Positions 1-12,100 of a stretch of DNA of 64,000 nucleotides are shown here, one piece after another (position 1 is the stretch's first letter; each line of letters opens with the position of its first letter). The stretch spans positions 31,620,001 through 31,684,000 of the forward strand of contig OZ241833.1 in the NCBI GenBank assembly GCA_965202585.1. Reading direction: 5' to 3'. Source of the stretch: Thalia democratica (Eukaryota). The notes beneath the pieces were generated by a model that did no database searches, had not been told where the DNA came from, and worked only from the letters and a program-made list of their open reading frames with translations. The position numbers and the translations under genes are program-made.

Positions 1-69
1 TAAAGATTCCTATGTATTTGATATATGTAACAAACTTTGTTAAATAAATAATTTTAATTGCGAACTAAC

Positions 70-169
70 AGCTGGAAAGCCGGGTTCGTCGGAGTTTTGT
101 GGATTTGTTTTATTTGCGGTTTCTGCTGCAGGTTAAGTGCCGAATTTCCACTGTTCATTTTCCATTGAG
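70..169 (-). CDS. AUTS2: AUTS2-like exon 12 (SQWKMNSGNSALNLQQKPQIKQIHKTPTNPAFQ)
   Basis: ttttcag acceptor, CT|GTTAGT donor, 100 nt; only the phase-1 frame is open. Confidence 0.8.
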
Positions 170-3100
170 CTGAAAATATAACTAATTATTGAGTTTGATA
201 AAATACTAAGTTGCAGAAAACTAAAGCTTGATACATTTCAACTTGAAAACAAATGCCGGTTGAAATGTAAATTACTAAAACTAAAAAAAAGTTAATGCTT
301 AACTTCACTTGTGCAAGGCGTTTTCAAAAATACTTGTATTATGTCTAATTTGTATATTTAGCCAAAAGTATGGATATTTACAAGAATGGTAGGTTGAAAA
401 GACCTAAATAAGTATAACACTAACAACAAAACAAAAATGATTTTTTTTTAACTTATCGTGCATATATAAAAAAGGAATACATAAATCCAATTTTTAAATT
501 AATAAAAAAAACAAGATTGGCCAAATACTAAGGCGATTTCTGTTTATTTGTAAAAGGAAAGCATTTTTAATCAGGCTCTTAAAACTTTGTGCTTGTGTCA
601 GTAATGCTCAGTTGAGACTGTAAACAAGCGTTAACCAGATAAGTCTTCACAAATGCTGCTGAAAGGCTCACGGAGCTAATAGCGTCTAATTAGCCAAAGT
701 TCAACTTTGAACACCACATCAATGCACCCTTCAAAGGTATCTGGTTTCATTTTGAAGTTTGCATTTTGCGTTGGTGGCGACAAATATTTTGTTTTGATTA
801 TGAACAACTTTTAGTGTTCAACTTTTAAAAAGCTTCAAACGTTGTTTAATAGTTAAATAAAAGTTGATAAAAGGTCTTAAACAACTAGTAAAGTTTCTTA
901 TACAATTTGGAACTAAAATTTCAAATATATTGTTAAATATAATTAAGTATTTTATTTAAAATTTTTAATTAAAGGATACATTTTAAGAAAACATCAATGT
1001 AAAAGCTTTAAAGAATTAACAAATTTTTCTTTTAAAAATAACTAAAATCAAGTCAAAATTTTCTAATGATTGTAAAATGCATGGTTCAAATTAGTTTAGA
1101 GAATAAATCATACAAAATTACGACAAAATAATTTTGACAGACAAATTTAAATAGATTAAGTTATGATTTATCAGAGATAAAAAATCAGAAACTGTTTTGA
1201 ATACAAACAATATAACTGGCGTGTAAAAATAAAAAAAAAAATTCTCAAAATACAACTTTAATGATAAAACTTTTCAGAATTATTTTTTACATTTAGAAGT
1301 TTATAATCAGAAATAAAACCAGAATTATTTTTAGTGAGAAAAACTTTTAATTAAAACCAGAAAACAATTAACATGTTTTTACACAAACCACACAATGTAA
1401 TAATAAATATAATCAGGTCTATTGTTGAAGGGATTAAAAGTTCAAACCTATTCATGTCGCTTCGTGCGAGAGAAATTCATGTTAAATATTTTTCATTTGA
1501 TTTGCATTGAATATTATCTTATGAATTATTTTATTGTTAAATTCAAATTCTTTTTAGCCGACCAAAATTCATTGTGAAACTTCATAAAAAAACTAAAAGA
1601 TCAATTTAGTATTTCCGATAACTTATTTAACAACTCGCATTTACAAATAATTAAACAGAAAAACAAAAAAATGGTTTGACACAAAATGTTTTTGTTCTTA
1701 TAGAAATTAGAAAAGGGCTAATAAATAACAGAGTATATAAAGCTTAAACCTTAACTAATCTGTTATTAAACTACTATTTACGCTTGAAAACTGTTTTAAA
1801 GCAAAACTCGAACGAATCTAGTTTTGTTTTTTGTCCCAAGAGAGAGTTTTAAACATGATAGTTTACACGTTGGAAAAAGTCGCAGGAAAAAACATAATGA
1901 ATAATTAAAACCAAAGTTTGGTGAGAACTTCATCGTTTTGGTTTGGAAATCAATTTTTAACGGACAATGAAAATTTAACTTCGAAAATAGCAGAATTGAA
2001 CTTTTTAAACCGCCATTTGTAGACGAAAATAGTTTTGGAACTATGATTATTCAAAAGTTATGCGAAATAACTTTTATAATCTGTTGTGTAAAAGCTTTAG
2101 TTGGATTGTGTAGACTTTAAAAGCATGAGGTCTTTTAGAAATTATAAAGTTTAAACATAGAGCCGACTAAACAGTTGTTTCTGTGAGGATTTAAAGGTGA
2201 GAAGACTTGAATTTTTAAAATAAACATATTTGGATACTAAACAAAAGTTATTAAAAAATACTTTGTGTTTGAGTGTAGTGATTTTTTTTAAAATAAAAAT
2301 ATTACGAAAAAAAAAATCACCTTTATGATTAAGTTGAAAACTTTGCAAGCTATTTAGTTGTTTTTTAAAGAAAAATCAGTGAGCAGGTATGAATCGTTGG
2401 GAGAACTTAATAAAAAAAAAATTGCAGGTCATTTGCTTGCGCTGTATATTACATTGACAGAAGGTTGTTAAAAATTTTTTTTTAGAACTATTTTAACAAC
2501 TGATGGTCTCTTACATCTTAATATAAGAGTGAAACATTGTTTTGTTTATAACAAACTGTGAATATAAAATATAACTAACCTCCTTAAAGCTATTAAGTTT
2601 AGAACTTTAAATTGTTGATTTTGAAGCAAATTACAATATCATTTAATCAATTAACTATTTATTTACTCAAAATTTAATCTTAAAATTAGTTGCTAACATA
2701 AGTACTTGATAAGAGTTAGCCAAAATCAATTTACTTGTTTTTTTGTTTGTTTGAATAAAATTGTTTTTGAACGAATCATGTCTTAAATTCCTGTGTAAAA
2801 TCATTTAAGAAAAAAGAAAGAAAGATAAATAGAGGTCCCATTTTTAAACCTTTTAATATTCGAAACTACAAATAGTTGATAAGTGAAACTAACAGCTGTT
2901 TTGAGGCTGAATTGCAGTCTTGGGAGCGTAGAATGAACTGTTGGCCACTTTCTGCTGGTTGTCATAAAATGAACTGTTGGCTGCTTTTTGTTGATTACTA
3001 GCAGGTTGCATCATACCCGCTTTTTCTCTTTTTTGCTTCTATTTATTTGATTATTTATATAAAAAAAAACAAAAAAAAAAAAACTTTTTAGATAATTTTA

Positions 3101-6100
3101 AAAGAATATAATTTTTTTCAATAAGATTTTTTTTAGGTAAATTTTATTAAGTATATCATTATGTACATGTGATAGCTAATTGATCAATACAAGTCTTAAA
3201 ATTACAAATCACAGCATATTAGTCAGTTCATACACTAAAAAACATGATGGAAATTACATTAGTATTTGGTAGTAAGATCTTTTTGGTCTAGAGTAAACTA
3301 ACTTATAAGTTTTTAAATTCTATGCTCAAAACTTTGTAAAATAATGTTTTTTTGAATAATTGCGTTTATTAAAAAAAAAAGTTGTTTCATAATTAATTGT
3401 TTGTTCAAAGTGTCCGTCAGTGTAATAAATCTGGATGACACTGACGTAACTCCGTTGATTGGCTAAGACTTGAATTTAACAAAAATTATGAGTTTGAAAC
3501 AAAAACTAAAAAACTTAACTTATTAATTTTCAAGACAGTGTTAGTATATATTAACTATTGATTAAAACTTGAAGTTAAAAAACAAAAACGATTTGTTATG
3601 AGATTGAAACAAAAACTAAACAACTAAAATTTGTTAGTGTCTAAATAATGTTAGTAAATATTGGTTAAAACTTAAAAACAAAACAAGCTATAAGTTTGAA
3701 ACAAAAACTAATGTTTACTAAATTTGTAAATAAGTGTTAGTAAGTAACAATTATCATTCAAAACTCGAAAACTAAATAATTTACAATTTCTTTAAAATGA
3801 TTTTTATAAAAAATAAATTGGAAATTAAGTAATGATATTTTTAGTTTTTCAAAACTAACTAGAAACAAAGTTTGATTTTTACATCAGATTCTTAAATTTA
3901 AATTTTTTTTGGTCAGTCAAAATGAGTATTATAAAAAGCAGTAAAATATCTAATGAAAGTAGCTCAAGACGTGCTTACTTATTTTAGTGAGACACATTAA
4001 AAATTACTACTAAATCTACAAAAAAAATTCAAATTATCGTAGTTGATGATTGCATACTTGGTTATATACATATATACATACTGATCATACATGCATATCG
4101 AAATTAAACACATTATTATTGAAGACACATTCTACAAAAACAAAGATACTTCTACCGAGCTTGATCTACGGTTGGTTAGTGCATGTACACAATATACATG
4201 CAAGTAAAAATTAAAACGCATACTGTTGATTGGGAAGAATCTACAAAAAAAACAAACAGACTTCTACTTAGTATAACTAATGATTGGCATATGTACATGC
4301 ACACAGTATATAGTAAACAAACTTTTTGGTGGTTCTGGATCATGAAGGCTATTTTCACGTGCAACGCGCAACGTCTGCCCCTCGGTTTCTGTATTTACGT
4401 TCAATTAATAAACAATAAAAAACTAAAAATTAACTTAAAAAAGTTGTACTGACTAATAAATGGTGTCTAAATTGAGTGGTGAAAAAATATAAAACAAAAA
4501 AATCGTAAAGGTCTTGGAAAACTAAGGTTTTCTAGATAAGACAGGTTTAAAAAAACTATAAAAATAATTATCTGTTAATAAAATAAAGATTAAAACTGTT
4601 TCTAAAAAAAACGTCTATCAAGGAGTTACAATAAAAACTCATAATGACAACTAGTTTGTCTTGTGGAGATAAAAAAACCTAAACTAAAAAAAATTGTAGA
4701 CAATTTAAATGGTGCATCATATTAAAAATAAACAAAAACAACTAAGAAATTATTTAATTATATAGGTATCTAAACTAACTCCTTACATAAAAAGATTGAT
4801 TTATCCAGATTCATTTAGTACAAAGTAGTTAAAGTTACAACAGAATTAATAAAAAGTAATACTTGTAAAAAAAGTATCAATGAACAATTATCAAAAAAAA
4901 AATTTTTATAGTTACATTTATGACTGCTATATGACTAACATATGTCTAAAACAAAATTTTCAAATTAAACAAAAAAAGTTAGTTTAAAAAACATTATTAA
5001 AACATTTGAAATTGTTAAACCGTCCTTAGGTATGTCAAATATTTTCTGTGATTTTTTTGTCTATGTAAACCAATCATTCAAACAAAAGCTTCAAATTTTG
5101 AAATTCATAGTTGCGTCATACTATGTTTTTCTTTATAACTCTTCTATATGCATGAAAATACTCCAAACAATATGAGTATAAATAAAACTTTGTAGATTTT
5201 TTTGAAACATAATTGTTTTTATATATAGCCTATAAAACATAAAATATAACAAAAATTATATAAAAACGTTGTAAAACAAAAAAACTGATTTAATTTCGGA
5301 TCTACAGCTGAATTGCAGGAAGTTATGACTCATTGATGAATTATTCAAAGTACAAACAAATCTTAAAGTACACGACAAAAAGTCATGAAATCATTTTTAT
5401 TAGATAAGAATTAAAATACTTTGCAGGATTTGTAGTCTGTTGTTAAGATTTTTGAATAGTTTAAACATTTTGCCTAAGTTTCAACCAGATTATCTGTATC
5501 AAATTAAGTAAAGGAAACTTTAATATAGAGATAAGCTTTTATCTATTTTGAATCAAATAAGAGAACAAGTTATAATAAACCTACTTTGTAAAAAAAAATC
5601 TATTTTTGTATAACAAAACATTCTTAACATTTTTTTTCAAACTATTCTTTTTTTACATCCACTATTTATTCAAGGTTTAAAATTATTACATAATTAACGT
5701 TACTCTTTACTAAATAATTTTTTTAAAGTTAACAACTAGTAAACCCAACACTAATAAAAAAAAGTAAGTCTGTAACTCTTGATATATAAACATAAATTAA
5801 AAAAAAAACTTATTAGAAAAAAAAATAAAACAGTAATACGCAATAAAGTAATAATCACAACTCATCACAGGGGCGGTATTTAACAGCTAAACTAACTAAA
5901 AAAAATTGAACGAAATATTCATTCAAAGTCTTTTAACATTTACAAGAAATTTTAATCAACCTCTGAAAAATATCTAAAAAAGGAACAAAATAAAATTCTC
6001 ATTTTATAAACTTTTCATTTATTTGTGACTTGTAAACTTTTACACACTAAGTATTTTTTTGTTTTTCAAAAAAGCACAAAAATTAAAACATTGAAATATT

Positions 6101-9100
6101 TTAATTTTAATGAAAAACTCACGGGGGGAGGAAAATGCAGGGGCACCTTGTTCCTGTTATCGCTTTGGGGGATTTTCAGCTGTTGGGCGGTAGGCAGCCT
6201 GTTGCTAGGCAACTTGTTGTGGGAAGAAAAGTTGTAGGGGCTGTTGCCTGTTGTGGGGTGCAGTTTGGGGTGGAAGGCGCCGAAATAAGGGGAAGCACCT
6301 TGAGTAAAAGGGGAGTTTTGATGGGGAATCTGTGAATTGTTGTTTTCATTTTTTTAATTCTTTTGTGGAAATTAAAACGTTTAACTTATTTAAAACTACT
6401 AACTCATTAAAATAAAATCTTAGGTATGTCTATAATTGATTTGATAATTATATTTGTTTGTTTGAAAGTTTCTAACAAGACTTAGCTTCCTTACAAGTAA
6501 GTTGATAAGGCATAAGTCAAACTTATTAACAGTAAAATGTTTAAAGTCAAAATGTAACTCATCAATAAATTAATAAAAAACTAAATGAAAAACTCAGTTT
6601 GAGAAGAAAATTATATTATAATTAAATCAAAGTGCGTTAATAAATATTTTAACAAATTAAAATTATTCAGACTGACGGATGGCGGGGTTGGTAACAATCT
6701 GTTCAGATAACTCATGTGCGGATTAGCGAGGTACGAGTGCAACTGCTGCTGTTCCCTCAAAAACCTCGAGTTGAGTTCCAACTGAAGCATGGACTGGTGA
6801 TGTTGCTCTGTGGATGATATAAAAACATTAACAAACATATATACTATTTCATGATAATTTATTATTTTATGGTTTTTAATGGTAATGCTGCTCTGTAAAG
6901 ATTAAAATAATGTCATGCTCTTTTATGCAAAACACGAATTAAAAAGTTACAAAATTGTAGAAAACCTATAGCAAAGTTTGGAATTATTGGTTTACGACAA
7001 AGAAATATTTTTTTTGAATTACTTTTATTTGTATAACAAGTCGCAAGAAGTAGTGAAGTATTAGATAAGTAAGCTATCATTCTATTAAAATTCGTGTCTT
7101 TTTTCTTAAAAAGTTTGAGAAAAAACACTGTGTGGGGTCAAGCGACAGGTGTGTGGAACTTAATAAAATTGTTAAAACTAACTGTAAATCTTAAATCACC
7201 TACACTGACTAGTCTAGTTTGTGGAAAACAAAAGTAATTGGCCCATTATTAACATGTTAAAACAGGTTTACTAATTAACAAAACTTATTTGAAATAAACT
7301 TCAAAAATTTTATAGGTTTAATGTAGAATATGAACAACAAAGCAATTAATTACAATACGGTCATTAGAATTTTTCATTTCTCCAAAATAAACATTTAATT
7401 GATTTCCGGTGTATGAGTTTTAACAGAAACAAAAGTTTTTTTATTCAAAAACATCACATGAAATAATTTCATTAGTCTAAGATTGTAAAAAATCTGTTTA
7501 ACTATTTTGTTTTTACAATAAGTTTGTAAAATAACAAAAAAAAAAAAACGTTTTACACATTGCGTAGTTTTAGCTTAATTAAATTATAAAAATTTAATTT
7601 AATTTTTAATTAAAGCTACACCGTTCATTTTTTTTTACACAAATAAAAACCAAGCTACGCAATGACAAATAACAACTACAAACGTAATTTTCATGACTTG
7701 TATTATTGTGTTTTAGATTAGCTCATATACAAATTAACATCACGATAAGCAGATTGAAATGTAAATTTTGCGGCTTTTCGCGGCAATTTTCTCAGATCAG
7801 AAACGCGCCTGAACTTTGCAAAGTTTTCGATGTGAAAGTTTCAAACAACAGGCTTCTTTGTTTGAGCTAAATTAAACTTGATAAATTTTTATGTATTATT
7901 ATTTACATTTGGGTGCATGGTATGGTTTTATTCATACTTCATTTGAAATCTGCATTAAGGGATTTTGTTGTATTTCGGCTAACTTCATGATTTTTTTTTT
8001 AAATTTTGACATACTGTAAGCTAAGATATAGATCTTTGGTAGTGTACTGTTTTAATTCTACAATAGGGAAAATTTCAATATTTTATTTAAGTAAACACAT
8101 TTTAGCTTACTGAGTGCCAAATTTTGTTTTTAAACTTAATTGAACCAAGTTAAAAAATATTACATAAAAAAAAGACAAACATTTCATGATAAGATAGTTA
8201 AAGAGTAGACACAAAAAAAAAGAGTTCATAATAATTAGAAATAAATCATTTACAATTTTGATGGATTTGTTTGGGTATAAATAAACTTTTGATTGATGCT
8301 TTTTAATTTATTTACCATTTTCGATAAAATTTTCTTCTGAGCTTTTTATACAGTATGTTGAGAAAACTATTTTGATGATAATAAGTATTTTATCTGACCT
8401 AAGTTAAAAATAACATAAGCATTAAATTTATAACAACTTTCTTCATATGATAAATTTTAAATCCAAATATTTGTTTTGCCTGTTTTAAACAAATCTGCGT
8501 AAACTTTTTATAACTCGCAATATATATTTTCATTTGCGAACAAAACAATTTTATTATGTGGCAATTAACTAAAAAACTAACACAAAATACAAAAAAGAAG
8601 TTCATTAATAGTAAATTTCATTACATAACTTTAAAAATCAAAGTAATTTTAAATATTTTTATTGCTATTGTTTGATTTTAAAAATAAATTAGTTCAAGTA
8701 GATAAAATCTAAAATATGATATAATTTCTATTAAGACAAAATAAGTTCTAAAAAATTTTAGCACACAAAAACTGTAGTTTATACTAAGCACTAGATAATT
8801 TTTTAAATCTTACACAATTAAAATCATTTATTTTCATTTCAATTAATTCAATCATTTATTCGGTAAAAACTGAACTTTCCAGAAAATAGGTGAAAGTTTA
8901 CTTTTGTGAGAAGGAAACGAATTGTGACGTCATACAAATATGCAATTAACAGCATTACGACATCAAAGAGACAGAAACGTTACCGTGATATACGTCATAA
9001 AACAAATAATTTAGTTGGTAATCACAATTTGTAAAAAAATTTAATGAGATTGTTTTTGATAATTGATCTTTTACCCATTTTATTTTCAAGAATAAAAATG

Positions 9101-12100
9101 AGAAAGTAGATATTTTTTTCTTAAACACAAGTCGTATAAATTTTGGTTTCTAATAGTGCGTAATAACAAAATAAAACACGACACAACTAACAGTTTTTGC
9201 TAAATCAACTTGAAGAAAATTCAATAAACAGAGTTCAAATGAAAAAAGTGAGATGAGTATTAAATTTTCAAGTTCGTTTATTACAACTGTTTGTTTTTTT
9301 TTCTAAAAATATTAGTAAAGAATAGAAAAAAAATCTTTAGTTGCTTGAAAATTTTTACTTTGTTTCAACTCTATAAGTATATTGATAAAAAAACTATAGT
9401 ACAGTTTAAGTTGTTTTTAAGTTAAAAAAACATAAGTTAAAACATAAATTATAGCAAAACGATGGAAAATTATTTACTTTAGAAATACTAAATTATATTT
9501 GTAATAATAAAATATTGGCATGGAAAACACCAATTTCAAAAGCAGTTACATTAAAAAAAACTATTACTAGTACTAGTAAATTGAATTAACTACAAAAATA
9601 AACTACTTAAACGGAAAAAACCAATTTTCAAGGTGATAAAAAGAAAGAGGAGCTTATAAGTAAATAATGGTGTTTTACTTAAAAATTAAAATAAAACTTG
9701 TGATATACAATTTAGATTAAAAAATATTTATGTTTATAATTTTAAATAGACGTATATAGACATCATCTAAAATTATTAAAACAAATAAAATTTTATAAAA
9801 TATTTATCTATACAAAACAAAAAGAAACAACAGATTATTCAGATTATAAAACAAATTAATGATCAACTAAAATTTATCAAAAATTAAAAACAAAAACAGT
9901 AAATGATTTTAGAGATCAACATATTTCGGAAATTTTAAGGAAACGCCTAACACTTCTCCAAAGTTTGCTATGTTTAACAGAAATTACAACATCACAGCAA
10001 AAAGTTAAAAAATATTGATCTCAATAAACACAATCAATTTAAGTTGAATCGCCGAACAGTTAATTTTAAACGCAAACCAACTCAGATCGATATTTTTCGG
10101 AAACAACTCATCTTCAAACCAACAGGCAAGCAAATTATCAGAGGAAAATTAACCAGCAGAAAGTGAACGCGTGAATTATTCATGCGGTTCTCACACTGTG
10201 ATAACTGAACGGTCGCTTCAATATGCTCGGCCGAGTCAGCTGATGTTTTCACCTGGTTTTTCCGATTCGTTTTTCGAAGAAATTTTTTTCATTACGACTT
10301 GTTATTTGAAAATTTTATACTTTTCAGAGTCAAGGATTTTGAATAAAAAAAATGAACTGTGTTATATTAGAAATATAACAATTTCTTCCTGGTACTTAAA
10401 TACAACTCTCGTAAAAACTAATGCTTTGTGTGAACTGTAAGCATCAATGCATGATGTTTTTTTATTTAAAACAATATTTGAATATTTTTTAAAGCGTTTA
10501 AAAACTATCAATCTTGCTACCAAACTTATTTTTAAAGAGTTTATAATATTCTATTTCGAGCTTGAAAAAAGTTTGTAGGTATTCAATATTTTCAAAAGCT
10601 GTTCAGACATTATCAGCGAAAATATCCTTGCACAGTGGAAACACAACGTGTTCATTTTAAAACTTCAAACATTGCTTTAATTGTTAACAGAAGACGAGCA
10701 CAACAAATATAATTATTCGTTTGGAATTGATAATGACAGAAGTGTGCGTTTCATAAAACGTATAACCAGTATGATGTGAAGTTTATGTGGTTTAACAAAA
10801 CAAACATGAAAACAATTTGTAAACAAACTTCAGCGGTGCGTAACGAGAATAGAATTTTAAATGAAGCTCTAATTGCTAATATTTTTAAAAAATAAAGAAT
10901 CGGATAAAGTTTCGGTAGTAAGTTGAACAGTTATTTTAAAAACTTAATTTTCACTAGAAACACATTCAACCAAAGAAAAATACTTTTCCAATTTTGTAGT
11001 TTATCTTAACAAAAGTATTTACTTTGATTGTAGTAAAAGATGTAACACCTACTTTTATACAATATTATAATCTTTAAAAAACAATAAGCTTATAAAGGTT
11101 TAGTTTTTTCGAAAAACAATCCAAAAACCCAAATTTACCTGCTTAACTCTGATAAAATTACTACTTCCCCTTCACCTTATTAATTGCAATATCATAAAAC
11201 GAAGTATTCAATTTCCTCAAATAACAGTTGGTTTTGTGCATACAAGTAGCTTATTATTTCCTCTTTTGCACATATATAGCAATATTGAAACAATTATAAT
11301 GAAATTCATTGCACAACTATTAGTTTTATATACACATTGTACTTTTTATACAAGTTAAACAGTCTTGACGATAACAAATCACCCAACAAGTTTTGATGGT
11401 GACAATTACAACAATTTTTTTGTTACTCTAACAATTTCTAATAATATTAAGTTTTGTTTTAATTACAGAATAAACAAAAAACTTAAACATGCAGTGATCT
11501 TGCAACTAAAGCTTATATTCTTTTAAAAACTCTTAACTAACAAGCTCTGATGATGGGATACTAAAACTAAAATGACAGTCTATACATAATAATCTATTGA
11601 TACATATCTGAAATATATCTCAATTTAATTTACAGATATTTCACTTGACAAATATCTTTACCAAATTTACTACATGTTAATATTAAATCTAACTTAATGT
11701 TTTTGTTAATACTTTCCCACCTAACAAACTCTCATACATTTCAAAATGTCTATTTTTACAAACCTGTTTTTTTTTTTTATTTATTTATATTTTTTTTTTA
11801 ACAATTTACTCACCCAGCAAGCTCTGGTGGTGCGGGTTCAACGCGTGGAGTCCCGATAACGGATGCCCCGATAATCCGGCCTGGTGGGCGGCGGACAAGT
11901 TGTGTGCGGATAACTGAGACGCGGATAAGTTGTGCAGTTGGGATCCGGAAGCCATGCCGGCGTGGTGACCTGGCAGGCCTGTCATAGCTGTGAGAGAAAA
12001 ACAAAAATTAGTTGCTTTAATCATGTCATTGTTATTAAATAACATTTAATTTTTACAGGAAGTTTTCGCTTGTTTTTAATGTTTAACAAAATTTTTGTGT

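Noticed and set aside
4183-4452. 89-aa plus-strand ORF
   Set aside because: Overlaps a degenerate tandem duplication and has intron-like composition.
5290-5345. GCTGAATTGCAG match to exon 11; possible micro-exon
   Set aside because: No usable acceptor, and the candidate frame hits TAA; a single 12-mer could be chance.
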